Shown one piece after another: positions 35,101 through 46,774 of a DNA stretch of 64,000 nt. The position numbers and the translations under genes are program-made. The notes beneath the pieces are model-generated. The model made no database searches, was not told where the DNA came from, and was given only the letters and a program-made list of their open reading frames with translations. The DNA comes from Azolla caroliniana. Taxonomy: Eukaryota > Plantae > Polypodiophyta. Location of the stretch: contig JBHGNT010000008.1 of NCBI GenBank assembly GCA_043228905.1, positions 11,222,001-11,286,000 on the forward strand, given 5' to 3'. Position 1 is the first letter of the stretch, and every line of letters starts with the position of its first letter.

Positions 35101-35922
35101 AATGATAACACTTTACTCTCTCATGAGGACCGTAATAAAGTAATACGCCAAGAAATATGGCAAATTTATACCCGGTATAAATGGATCACCCCACTAGAGC
35201 CACTCCCATCTAAAATGTCGTACTATAAAGAACACTTTATGCACTTCTCTGAGTTAGGTTTTATCACGCGCCCAAAATATCTAGATGTATTCTTACCACA
35301 TGCACTAAGGGTTGCCATTGGTCAACTTAGAATATCATCTCACCAACTTGAGATTGAGAATGGACGTACTAATGGAGTCCCTAGGGAGGAAAGGATATGT
35401 AGGTTATGCCACATAGAGATAGAGGATGAGTACCATTTTACATGCAAATGCCCCACCTATGCCGAGATAAGGGCAAAATACCAAGACATACTTGGTTCCT
35501 CTCCCACCCTCCCTAAACTATTAGATACACTAGATATAAAGAAATTAGGTAGATACATCTTAGAATTGAAACACCACAGAGAGAACAAATTACAAAACGT
35601 TGATAATAATGTTGCTAATGTTTACCAACATATAACAAATGAAGTTTTTCAGGAACAGGGGGAGACAATGAATGTCGACACACCTGTACCACTCGGACTT
35701 CTCCTTGATGAAGCAGAAAATCAAAGAAGAACCAAACGCCCTCGGATGCCGGGTTTCAAAGCAACTCGACGAGATGTAGAAGCAATAACGAAAATAAGGG
35801 AACGTGAACTACACCGCCTAGAAGCCATGGCTAGGGCACTCTATGCATCGGGACCATGGGTCACACCCACACCAAAAACTTTTGACCTCCCACTTCTTTT
35901 TGAGAGACTTGGGTGGAAATGA
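32173..35922 (+). CDS. LINE ORF2 (APE endonuclease, reverse transcriptase, CCHC finger); start uncertain (first ATG 32209)
   Basis: WNCNG, ETH, GDFNAR, STVDY, ADH; YCCFVDFRKAFD, KQGCPLSPTLF, LLYADD; ISSHQLEIENGR..CRLC..EDEYH..C. No internal stops. Confidence 0.93.
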   Translation, partial: RRVAHVTENTLRMTLWNCNGALWTHPGRLEGILKESDIVCLVETHQSPNRGLPRVEGFRWESAFRQTSRRCTTRGSGGVAILFRRELHNRIEILSTDPEARFMWVKVSTSKDKAVIFAICYFPPKGSRYNLAGEARLVDDGVPHGPSPYEPLSDDIIRYSSQGEVFLVGDFNARTQSRQCTIFQMNRNLEMVNVDPSDIDTTRKSKDQGADATSFGHHLLELGSRHQMVIYNGLAKWPGSEELTCFPHGGGESTVDYLIGRPEATHMINSFRVAPCPIGADHSFLYFEIKCDISNVTNSSQPRHDITIHFTHELSDIYARHVQAHLSSLDPSLPLESLNTKLTHILHSAAVSSFPYTKHSNQGKVGSMPQNRWYDEDCRCLHRQLTISQLSGSITSVQARKEMRKMTRRKRRAWEASQYWELYHMLMSNDCATAWKRLREPRPQTPIEDPETWHTYTERLYHIPNQPPIPMPSTPRPTVGTLFTTSRVTKVIKKLQHRKSMDHTGLRAEHIIYARECLAPLLTLIFNRALAEGFPSQWTMNTVAPIHKGGDPMDPNTYRTIMIGHTLAKLYGAVMEAELSEYMETLNLRAPEQAGFRRAFSTIDHIFTLRCLIDQTKARKKKLYCCFVDFRKAFDTVPRERLFDRLKSLRIPDDMVWAIYALYEQVSGCVRCPGGISDSFTSTIGVKQGCPLSPTLFGIYIDEITDFIARKGGNGVVLGDTQVRILLYADDIVLLSESEHDLQRHLNALDDFCTQRGLVVNLGKTKVLIFHTSAQVRAKCHLTISHSPVEVVGSYVYLGVTFSARSGKFSMTQAAKDRLTRGHASLSLLERQCHQAYFQEPRTKGWLFDSLVTPSLMYASAVWAPGLPSFMWTQLERPLVMMLSRQLRSKSSVPHDIIRAEFTLPPMLVEALFQLVVFIHRIHNQPLDRISHQAFKASRALYESGYTSSWYGMMVSWLLANGLDIINLPPLKYDHTNDNTLLSHEDRNKVIRQEIWQIYTRYKWITPLEPLPSKMSYYKEHFMHFSELGFITRPKYLDVFLPHALRVAIGQLRISSHQLEIENGRTNGVPREERICRLCHIEIEDEYHFTCKCPTYAEIRAKYQDILGSSPTLPKLLDTLDIKKLGRYILELKHHRENKLQNVDNNVANVYQHITNEVFQEQGETMNVDTPVPLGLLLDEAENQRRTKRPRMPGFKATRRDVEAITKIRERELHRLEAMARALYASGPWVTPTPKTFDLPLLFERLGWK

Positions 35923-38900
35923 GATTAGGCTTGGTGCAAAGTTTTATACACTACTAGAACTTTCTTAGCTTAAGCTATTTTCTTTTATTTTTAGTTTTGA
36001 TGATTGGATAAACACTCATCTTTTGTTGTAACCTATTTGTCTCATGGGCCAAATTTGGCCTTAGAAGACGTTAATATATCTTTCTTTCTTTTCTTTTTCT
36101 TACACACACACATAACTCACATCTCTTCCGCTTCACAAGAATCCATCTCTTGATTCTTTACATGGTATCAGAGCGATTTGGTAGCTCGATCTAGCCCATT
36201 CGCCTCATCATGATCGTGTGTTGTGCTCTACGCCGACGACCAAGAACCGGCTCATAACTATCATAGCTTCGCTACATAGCTCGCATTCGAAGAGAGAAGA
36301 AGAAGAAGAAGAATTGACATAATGAATACTCAAATGGGGAGTGCTCTGCCTACCGAGAAGTTGGATTGAAACAACTTCGCATCTTGGGAGTACAAGATGC
36401 ACCAATACCTTGTCGGACAAGGCTATTGGAGCTACATCAAATGAGCACATGAAGACCGACCCGACGAAGCGGCTCCCGGATACGTGACATGGGAGCAAGC
36501 CGCAAGCCGCATGATGTATTGTTTCGCAACATGTGTTCACGACCACATGCTCGGTTACATTCGAGATGCCAAGATGCCGAAGGAAGCGTGGGAAAATCTA
36601 CGAAAGATTTTTGCCGCCAACACGACCGCGAGGAAGCTTCAACTCCGCCAAGAGTTGAACAACATTCAACAAAGGGACATGTCCATCACGACATACACCT
36701 TGAAGATCAAGGAGCTTTGCGACTCACTCGGCTCAATAAGCGTAAGTACAAATGATGATGAGATAGTGCAAATATGCCTCGGCGGCCTCGCACCACGGTT
36801 CGGCACGATGTGAACCGCCGTTCTAGCACGGGAGAAATCTCCCTCCTTCTTCAAGCTCCAATCAATGCTATTGGTCGAAGAAAATCACGTGCGTACAAGG
36901 AGCAATGAGTCGGAAGGCCACATGCTCTACACACACTCTAATGGAGGAAGAGGACGCGGATGAGCGAGAGGCCGATTCGGCCAAGGACAAGGCGGACGAG
37001 GTCCAACCTATGACAACAACTCCCAATTTCGGCCGCAAAACGGAGGCCAACGAGGAACCTTCGCAAGAAGGGGGAGCTTCCAATCCGGCCCGAGCCGTCA
37101 AAACGCAACCGAATGCGGATATTGCAGAAAGCTCATCCACCACGAAGAAGAGTGCTGAAAGAAGATGCGTGAATCGGCTTCCACAAGCCGACAACTCACG
37201 AATTACGTACACAACTCCGACTACAAAGATCGTGGCGGAATGTATGCACACAATTCCGACCGTGGCGAAATGTACGGGCACAATTCCGACTACGAAGATC
37301 CTGGTGGAATGTATGCGCACAACTCCGACTGTGGCGGAATGTTCATGATGAAACATAGAGCAAACTCTATGTCGGCCGCTACCTCAACTAGTGCCTCCGG
37401 TCCGGAAGACGTATGGTTCGTCGATTCCGGTGCCTCGAACCATATGACATCGCATCAAGAATGGTTCCGAGAACTTCGAGAGCCGGACCGACCCAGCTAT
37501 GTCGAAACCGGAGACGACACTACACACCCGATTCGTCACATTGGCAATGTTCCGTTCGGAAAAGAAGGTAAGCAAAATTACATTAAAAATGTCTTGCATG
37601 TACTGACCATTACGAAGAATTTGGTCTCCGTCGGTCAAATTGTAGAGCAAGGGATGCAAGTTTGATTTAATCAAGGCGGTTGCTTCATCGAAAAAGAGGG
37701 CCGAGTCATGGCACATGGAAGAAGAGAGGGCCGGATGTTCATTCTCGATTCACGCGAGATGAAATCCGCCATGTTCGCGAAAAACACGAAAGCCGACTCT
37801 GACATAGAGCTATGGCACAAGCGAATCGGCCACATCAATCTCAACAAACTCAAAGCAATGAAATCGAAAGGAGTCGTCATCGGACTCCCAACATTCAAAG
37901 AGAAGGAGATTGAAGGTGTATGCGAAGCGTGCCAATTCGGGCAGCAACACCGACACCCATTCCCGAAAGAGCGGAACGTGAGCAAAGGTCTACTCGACGT
38001 AGTCCATTCTGACGTATGGGGACCGGCGCAGACGGCTACATTCGGCGCATGCCGATATTACGTGCTCTTCATCGATGACTTCTCTAGGCACACTTGGATC
38101 TACCCGATGCGGCAAAAGAGCGAAGTGTTCGGACACTTCCAAAATTTCAAGAATGAAGTCGAGAAAGCCACAGGCCAACATGTACGATGCCTATCGGATG
38201 GCGGCAAGGAGTACTTCTCGGACGATTTCACGGCGTATCTCCGAAAGGAAGGAATTCAGCAAGAATTCACTTGCCGACACACTCTGCAACAAAACGGAGT
38301 GGCCGAGCGCAAAAATCGGCACATCCTTGAAGTAGCGCGGGCCATGATGAACGAGAAGCACATGCCCAAGTCATATTCGGCCAAAGCTGCAAATGCGGCC
38401 GTCTACCTAATGAACTGATGCACAACATCCTGCGTGCACGAGTTCACTCTGCACAAAAAATACTTTGGAAAGAGGCCGAACTTATCGCACACCCGGATAT
38501 TCGGCGCAATAGCGTACGTGCACATCCCCGACGAGAAGCGTCAAAAGCTTGATCCAAAGTCGGAGAAATGTATCCTCGTAGGATACTCACTGGAGCAAAA
38601 AGGGTACAAGTGCTACAACCCCTCAACTCGAAAATCTCGAGTAAGTCGAGACGTCGTTTTTGACGAGTCTGCATCCTGGTACGCACCAGAGACGACTCCG
38701 CTCGACCAGGAATTTGCCGAACAAGAGATAGAGGATGAGGATTGCATTACGCCCATGTTCGAAGAGAGTCCGATCACTACCCGACTGAGCGGACCACAAG
38801 AGCCTTTGAGCGATCAAAGCACATCACGGCCTAGCCCGAAGATGGACAAGGGCAAGGCGAAAATGGCGGAATACACAGATGATTGTTTCGACGACGATGA

Positions 38901-39420
38901 GTCGACTCACTCACTCGACATGAGTTCGGCGGCTTCGATGTACCAATCGGAGCTACGAAAGCCCTCATCTCAGCAAATGAAGAGCTCCGTCGCTCCACCC
39001 GTGAAAAGAACCCTGTAAGCCGATTCAGCTACAACGATTATATGGCGTACCATTATGCCTTTATGATGAAGCTAGCGACAGTACGGGAGCCAGAAACCTT
39101 TTCGGAAGCTGCGAAGGACCCGCGATGGATCGAAGCAATGAACGAGGAGATGCAGGCACTACGGAAGAACGAGACGTGGGATCTCATTTCCACCTCACCA
39201 CACAAAAAGGCGATCGGATGCAGATGGATCTATAAGGTGAAGTATAACGCAGATGGCTCTGTAAACCGCTACAAAGCTCGACTCGTAGCCAAAGGATATG
39301 CTCAGACACATGGCGTCGATTACGAAGAGACCTTTGCCCCGGTGGCAAAGATGACGACGGTGCAGACCGTAATTGCGATTGCCACGGCGAAAGGGTGGCA
39401 CCTCCATCAAATGGACGTTA

Positions 39421-41252
39421 GGATGTCTCGTCAGCCCGATCCGCTTTCGGCACGCATCTAGCTTGTCGGTTGTCAACACTTTGGTCAGCATATCCGACCC
39501 GTGGTCCTCCATGTGGATCTTCGTTAGCACGATCTCTCTCTCTCGGATCCAATGGTACCTTCTATGGATATGTTTCGTCCGGGAATGGTAGGCTGCGTTC
39601 TATGCAAGGTGGATGACACTTTGACTGTCGCACTAGAGCCGGTATTCCTCCTGTTGGATTCCTAGCTCCCCGATGAAGTCCTTCATCCAGATTATCTCCT
39701 TGCCAGCTTCTACAGCTGCCATGTACTCCACCTCCGTGGTTGACAACACAACCGTTTTCTGCAGCCTCAACTGCCATGAAATAGCTCCCCCGCATAACTC
39801 ATGACATATCCGTATGTAGACCGGTTGGTATCCGCATCAGCAGATATATCCGAATCTGTCAATCCGTCAAGTTGAGGAATACTAGAGCCAAACCGGAGGC
39901 ACATACTCGAGGTGCCTTTCAGATACTGGAGTATCGACTTGACCGCGTTCCAATGCTCTCTACCGGGATTGCTCATGAACTGGCTTACCACTCCGACAAC
40001 ATTTCCGATATTCAGCCAGGTACATACCATCGCGCACATCAAGCTTCCGACGGCAGAGGCATATGGTGTCTTCATCATATCCATCTTCTCTGCCTTTGTC
40101 CTCAGACTTTGTTTTCCGGATAGCTTGCAATTTGCCGAAAGCCGGAAGTGTCAATCCGACTGGTTTGGCCTCCAACATGTTGAACCGTTGAACCGTACTT
40201 CTCCTGTGACAACCACAACAGCTTCTTTGACTGGTCCTGGATAATGTACATTCCCAATATCTGTCTTGCCGGCCCCAAGTCTTTCATTGAGAAGGTCCGG
40301 TTCAAAGCCTTCTTCAGCATCCGGATCTTGCCTTGGTCTCATCCAACGATCAACATATCATCCACATATAGGAACAATATCAGGAAGTCTCCTCCGTCAA
40401 ATTTCTTCACAAACATGCAGTGATCGGCTTGTGTCTTGTGGTACCCTTGGTCGGTCATGACAGAGTCAAACTTCTGGTACCATTGTTGGGGAGCTTGCTT
40501 CAGTTCGTATAAGCTCTTCTTTTGTCGGCGCACCAGGTGCTCCTTCCCTTTCTTCTCAAATCCTTCCGGTTATGCATGTAGATCTCTTCTTCGAGGTCAC
40601 CATGGACGAATGTCGTCTTCAAGTCCAATTGCTCTAAATTGAGGTCCATGCTTGCCGCTATGCCCAATACCGTCTGGGTGGATGTCATCTTTACTACTGG
40701 GGCAAAGATCTCATTGAAGTCCACTCCTTTCTTCTGCTGGAAGCCCTTCACCATGATCCGGGCTTTGTACCTTGGTGGATTTCCGGCGTCTCCCGGTTTC
40801 AGCTTGTACACCCACTTGTTTCGGAGTGATCTCTTCCCTTTTTGCAACTCCGTCAGTTCATATGTGTGGTTCTCATGTAGGGAATCCATCTCATCCTGCA
40901 TGGCACTCAACCACTTGCAGTTGTGAGTGTCTCTCTTTGCTTCTTTCAAGCTTTCCGGCTCCCCCTCATCGGTCAGCAACTCATGCTCTGCATCCGGAGA
41001 TCTCCGGGGGCTCTTCTCCCAGGTTTCTGACTACTGGTTCCTTCGTTTGTTCCGAATCCGAATCCGATTCGGGATCTTGTCCGGTTCTGGTGTCTCCTCC
41101 TCCTTCTTCGGTCAGTTCGGTTTCTTGTCTGTATCTGGCCGGTTCGTCGAGTGTCATCCAGTTTTCAACCGGGTAGGTCCTTGTGTCCTCAAACTAGTTT
41201 TCATTGGATGATCCGGAGCTTCTTCTCCGACTCCCAGTCGGCAATGGTCTTG
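39421..41252 (-). mobile_element. Ty1/copia B2 internal fragment (IN C-terminus, RT, RH), no LTRs, deletion junctions at both ends
   Basis: Collinear with B0 about 23752-25632; multiple frameshifts. Confidence 0.9.
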
Positions 41253-41293
41253 ACATAAACGTATGAAACCACCTAAATCTATTAGGGCCACAA

Positions 41294-41678
41294 TTCATTT
41301 GGACACCACCTAAATCTATTAGGGCCACAATCTTGACATAAACGTATGACACATTTATGACTGTGGAAGATGGCCTCAGTTTCTCTCAGACACAATACTG
41401 AACCTAAAAGACAACTCATGGAAGAGATAACATGCTGAAATGATTTACAGTGCTCTTGCGGGCTTGATCAACAAATTGGGCACTCACAAGTGCAAACTTC
41501 GTTAGTTAGGGAGGCGCCATGGTGACGTAGTAGATTAACAAAGTCCTTGAGAAAACCCATTTGTACATGGTAAATGCAACAACATGTGTATCGATCCTTC
41601 AAGCGTCTCACAAAGTGTGGTTTAAGAGACTCGAATGTTGGTAGTTGAACTTTGATATTTGGATGTATTCGCTTGAAC
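41294..41678 (-). pseudogene. Sola2-like transposase N-terminal Cys-rich exon (128 codons, one TGA), absent from the ORF track
   Basis: Manual translation: FKRIHPNIKVQLPTFESLKPHFVRRLKDRYTCCCIYH..CTCECPIC*..VLC..HSHKCVIRLCQDCG..WCPNE. AG acceptor at 41679-41680. Confidence 0.65.
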
Positions 41679-41749
41679 CTAATAAATAAATCGACCTACG
41701 TAATAAAATGGACATACTGATTAGCTCTATATATATGCTCCAAACCTGT

Positions 41750-43240
41750 TACAGCAACTAATAAGCTAATATGGTAGCAAATTAGCAATCCTAGTAGCTA
41801 ATTAGTTGGTAATAACTAAATTAGCTATTGGAAATAGCTAGTTAGCTAATCTAGTTGCTAATTAGCTATCCTGGCAGTTAAATAGTTGGAAATAACTAAT
41901 TAGCTATTGGGAATAGTTAGTTAGCTATGATTGGTAGCTAATTAGCTATCCTAGCAACTAATTAGCAAGTAATAACTAATTAGCTATTGGGAATAGCTAG
42001 TTAGCTATGATTGGTAGCTAATTAGTTATTATGGTAGCTAATTAGCTATCCTAGCAACAAATTAGCTAATTAGCTATTCTGGTAGCTAATTAGCTATCCT
42101 AGCATCTAATTAGGTGGTAATAGCTAAATTAGCTATTGCGAATAGCTAGTTAGCTACTCTGCTGGCTAATTAGCTATAGTCATATGAAGCTAATTAGCTA
42201 ATTAGCTATTCTGATAGCTAATTAGCTAGTCATACACAGCTAATTAGCTATTCTGGTAGCTAAATAGATATCCTCATATTCTTAGGTAGCTAATTAGCTA
42301 TTCTGGTAGCTAAATAGCTGAGAGTGCTAGCTAATTTGCTATGATTGGTAGCTAAATAACTATTTTGGTTGCTAATTATCTATCCTAGCAGTTAAATAAC
42401 TTGTAATAGCTAAATTAGCTGGTAATAACTAATTAGCTATTGGGAATAGTTAGTTAGTTATTCTAGTAGCTAATTAGCTATAATCATAGGCAGTTAATTA
42501 GCTATTCTAGTAGCTAAATAGCTATGATTGGTAGCTAATTAGCTACCCTAGCAACCAATTAGCTGGTAATAGCTAAATTAGCTATTGCGAATAGCTAGTT
42601 AGCTAATCTGGTAGCTAATTAGCTAGTAGTCATACATAGTAGCTAATTAGCTATTCTAGTAGCTAAATAGCTATGCTCATATTCTTAGGTAGCTAATTAG
42701 TTATCCTGGCAGTTAAATAGCTGGTAACAACTAATTAGCTATTGGGAATAGTTAGCTAGCTATTCTAGTAGCTAGTTAGCTATAATCATAGGCGGCTAAT
42801 TAGCTATTATGGTAGCTAAATAGTTATGACTGGTAGCTAATTAGCTATCCTAGCAACTAATTAGGTGGTAATAACTAAATTAGCTATTGCGAATAGCTAG
42901 TTACCTAATCTGGTAGCTAATTAGCTATAGTCATATGCAGCTAATTAGCTAGTCACACACAGCTAATAAGATATTCTAATAACTAAATAGCTATGTTCAT
43001 ATTCTTAGGTGGCTAATTAGCTATTCTGGTAGCTTAATAACTATAGTCAGAGGCAACTAATTAGCTATTCTGGTAGCTAATTAGCTAAGAGTGCTACTAA
43101 TTTGCTATCATTGGTAGCTAATTAGCTATCCTAGTTGCTAAATAGCTAGTAATAACTAAATTAGCTATACACAAGATTATCCTAGTAGCTAATTAGGTGG
43201 TAATAACTAAATTAGCTAATTAGCTAATTAGCTGGTAATA
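41750..43240. repeat. About 1.5-kb palindromic TAGCTAAT-based satellite
   Basis: Dense TAGCTAATTAGCTA cores with recurring longer blocks. Confidence 0.93.
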
Positions 43241-43289
43241 ACACAAGATTATACACAACAATACACAAGATAATCGATAGACAGAATAG

Positions 43290-44270
43290 TTATTGAAATC
43301 CAAGACCGAACAATGGCGGTAATCCAGGGCCGAATAGTGGCGGCAACTGAGTGTAGAATGGCGGAAGTGGAGGAGTGAACTCCGTTTGATCGAACAATTT
43401 TGGCAATCCAAGACCGAACAATGGTGGGAAGTGAGTGAAGAATGATGGCAATGGAGGAGTGAATTCCATCGGATTGAACGGTGGCAGATGATGCTTGGAA
43501 CGCATAGTGACGATAAGTGAGAGTAGAATGGCAGTAGTGAAGGAGTGACCTCCTTCGGATCGAAAAGTGGCAGCATACATGACTGAACAGTAGCGGCAAC
43601 TGAGTGTAGAATGATGGCAGTGGATGAGTGAACTCCGTCAAATGAAAAAGTGGCAGCAATCCAGGACCGAATAGTAGTGACAACTAAGTGTAGAATGATG
43701 GCAATGGAGGAGTGAACTCCGTTAGATCGAATAGTGGCAGATGATGCTTGGAATGCACAGTGACGGCAATTGAGAGTACAATGGCGACAATGGAGAAGGA
43801 GTGAACTCCCTTGGATCGAAAAGTGATAGCAATACAAGACCGAACCATAGTGGCAACTAAGTGTAGAATGATGGCAATGGATGAGTGAACTCTATCAAAT
43901 CGAAAAGTGGCAGCAATCCAGGACCGAATAGTAGCGGCAAATCAGTGTAGAAGGATGGCAATGGAGGAGTGAACTCCGTCAGATCAAATAGTGGCAGACG
44001 ATGCTTGGAACGCACATTGACGGCAACTGAGAGCATAATGGCAGCAGTGGAGGAGTTAACTCCGTCGGATCAAAAAGTGGCACCAATATACGACCTTCAT
44101 AGTAGCGGCAATGGAGGAGTGAACTTGGCAGATGATGCTTGAACTTTAAAGTGTAGAATGGCGAAAATGGAGGAGTGAACTTCGTCGGATCGAAAAATGG
44201 TAGATGATACTTGGACCGCACAATGTCAGTAATTGATTGTAGAATGGTGGCAATGGAGGAGTGGACTCAA
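43290..44270. repeat. About 84-bp tandem repeat, about 11 copies, with a ~254-bp trimeric higher order
   Basis: Recurrent GTAGAATG..GGAGGAGTGAACTCC..GATCGAA; variant GAYGATGCTTGGAA near 43487, 43740 and 43997. Confidence 0.88.
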
Positions 44271-44831
44271 TAGGGTTTAGCAACAGTGCTAGTAATCTAA
44301 GCCAGAATACTCAACCAGAGATGGCCCACGTGATGTGGCAAAGGATCATGCATAATAGATCTCGGAATTCGGTATATAATTTATGGTGCACATTTATATA
44401 ATTAAAACTCTCTACTATTTTCAATGGTAGCTTGTTGCATAGTTAATTTATCAATGGTAACTTTTTGCAAAAACGACTATTTATCAATGGTAGCTTTTTG
44501 CATCTTCACCCACTAGTTGTTGGTCATCTTCAAATCCGTCAAGAAGCTTCAAGAGACATCTATTTGTGTTTCGGCCAAGGCATAAAATGTGCTCGGCCAC
44601 AAGCGAGTCTCAACAAAACAACATAATAGAAATAAAGATTAATGCACGTCCACATAATGAGATGACATAGCATGTTTACATGGAAAACCTCAAGAAGCAA
44701 AACAACGAGAGTTCGCAGACTCCGAACAGGATGACTATAGAGCTAAGGTACTACAACGTGAAACTCAAAGGCAACAACCTCGAGCTCTGTCTTCGCCAAC
44801 CGGTGGTTACAACAGAATGGCTTTCTGTATC

Positions 44832-44869
<38 letters not shown>

Positions 44870-46273
44870 TCTCTCTCTATATATACAAGAATGATAATAA
44901 CAACAACTCTATATCTACCCATTTGCCCTAGTTATATTTATACTCATACAACTTATGGGTTATTTACAAATATGACCTGAAACAGTCACATCGAAACATA
45001 TACATAAACTACTGTCTGGTCGGATACCAAATCGGATCCATCTAATCCAGTTTCCAGATTTCTTCTTGATCCATCCGGTCCAGTTCTTCCCTTAGGCTTG
45101 TCCGATTCTCATTCGGATCCCATCCGGAGGGACTAAATTCCCAACAAAAACTCCCTCTTCACTCCGGTATGGGATGTCTAGTCACTCCGATCCGTTTCTG
45201 ACACCCGTCCAGCTTCTCTGCTGACAACACCTTGGTCAGCATGTCCGACCCATTCTCCTCCATGTGGATCTTTGTCAGCGAAAACTCTTTATCTTCTACT
45301 TTCCCCCGGAGCCAGTTGTATCTCCTTTGGATGTGCTTGGTCCGGGAATGATAGGTCGCGCGTTCTTCGCGAGGTGGATGACACTTTGATTGTTGAAATA
45401 GAGCCAGAATTCCTCTTACCGGATCCCTAGTTCTCCAATGAAGTCCTTAATCCAGATTACCTCTTTTGATGGCTTCTACGACTGCCATGTATTCCACTTC
45501 CATTGTTAACAGTGCAATGGACTTTTGTAGTGTCGACTGCCATGATACGGCTCCCCCTACATATGTCATGACATATCCGGATGTAGACCAGCTGGTGTCC
45601 GCATCAACCGACATGTCCAAATCGATGAAGCCTTCCAATAGGGTTTTACCGGAGCTGAACGGAGGCAAATTTTTGAGATGCCTTTCAAGTACCGGGGTAT
45701 CCACTTGACCGCGGCCTAGTGTTCTCTTCCCGGATTGCTCATGAACCTACTGCTCACCACCCTGACTGCATATCCAATATTCGGCTGGGTACACACCATT
45801 GCGTACATTAAGCTTCCGATGGCAGAGGCATATGGTATCTTCATCATCTCCAACTTCCTCGTCTTGGTCTTTGGGCTTTGTTTCTTGGAAAGCTTGCAAT
45901 TTTCCGCGAGTGTCAATCCAACCGGATTCACCTCTGACATGTTGAACCTTTGAAGCACCTTTGTCACGTACTTCTCCTGTGACAACCACTACAACTTATT
46001 CGTCCAGTCCTGTATTATATGCATTCCGAATATCTATGCGGAATAGCGCTCAACCACAACCGAGACTCAAACACTTTATGAAAGAACAAAACAGAAATGG
46101 AGGTTCGTACACTTACACAGAACAGACGAAACAAAATGTTTACGTGGAAAGCCCCAATAGGGAAAAACTATGGGAGCCCACAGACTCCAACTATCACTGT
46201 ACGAGAAAGGAGGTACAACAGGAGACTTAGAGGCAACAACCTCGAGCTCTGTATCTTCACAAACCGACGACTT

Positions 46274-46329
<56 letters not shown>

Positions 46330-46774
46330 TACTATTATGATACAACTAGCAACAACAACACTAACATTCTGTTACAAAGTGATTGCCCTAAGTCATATTT
46401 ATACTTATATGACTTTAAGAGTATTTACAAAAATAGCCTTACATGCAAACCAGAAACATATTTGCAGATATGTCCCCGGATCTGGTTCACACCGGATACT
46501 TTCCGGTCTGGTTCGGTTGCTGCATCTGGTCTGGTTCCTTCCTTTGGCTCATCCGATTTGACTCCTCCGGATCCCATTCGAAGGGACCGAATTCCCAACA
46601 AACTCCCCCTTCACTCCAGCGTGGGATTTCTCGTTAGTCCAATCCGTCTCCAACACGTGTCCAATTTGTCAGCTGACAACACCTTGGTCAGCATATCCGG
46701 CCCATTCTCCTCTGTGTGGATCTTCATCAACGTGAAGTGTTGATGTTCAACCTTCTCCCGGAGCTAGTGATATC

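Larger units (their letters stand above)
30870..36100 (+). mobile_element. LINE-b: apparently full-length RTE-X-like non-LTR retrotransposon
   Basis: GC-rich repetitive 5' UTR, ORF1, uninterrupted APE-RT-CCHC ORF2, 3' hairpin and (TTTC)n tail. Host LTR resumes at 36101. Confidence 0.9.
30462..39420 (+). mobile_element. Ty1/copia C2: 5' LTR 30462-36162 (interrupted by LINE-b), PBS 36163-36176, degenerate gag-PR-IN-RT, truncated in RT
   Basis: LTR start TGTTGAGAATCAAGCTCAAC as in C1; ...TCTTTACA|TGGTATCAGAGCGA. WFVDSGASNHMT, VHSDVWGP, YKARLVAKG, ends at QMDV. Confidence 0.92.
41253..44511 (-). mobile_element. DNA transposon relic (Sola2-like transposase exon; terminus 5'-GGGTGAAGATGCAAAAAGCTACC)
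   Basis: Cys-rich transposase exon. Terminal ~100 bp with three repeats of TCAATGGTARCTT(G/T)TTGCA ending CACCC at 44511; internal satellites. That these parts form one element is inferred. Confidence 0.55.

Noticed and set aside
44271-44280. Interstitial telomere
   Set aside because: A single TAGGGTTT motif only.
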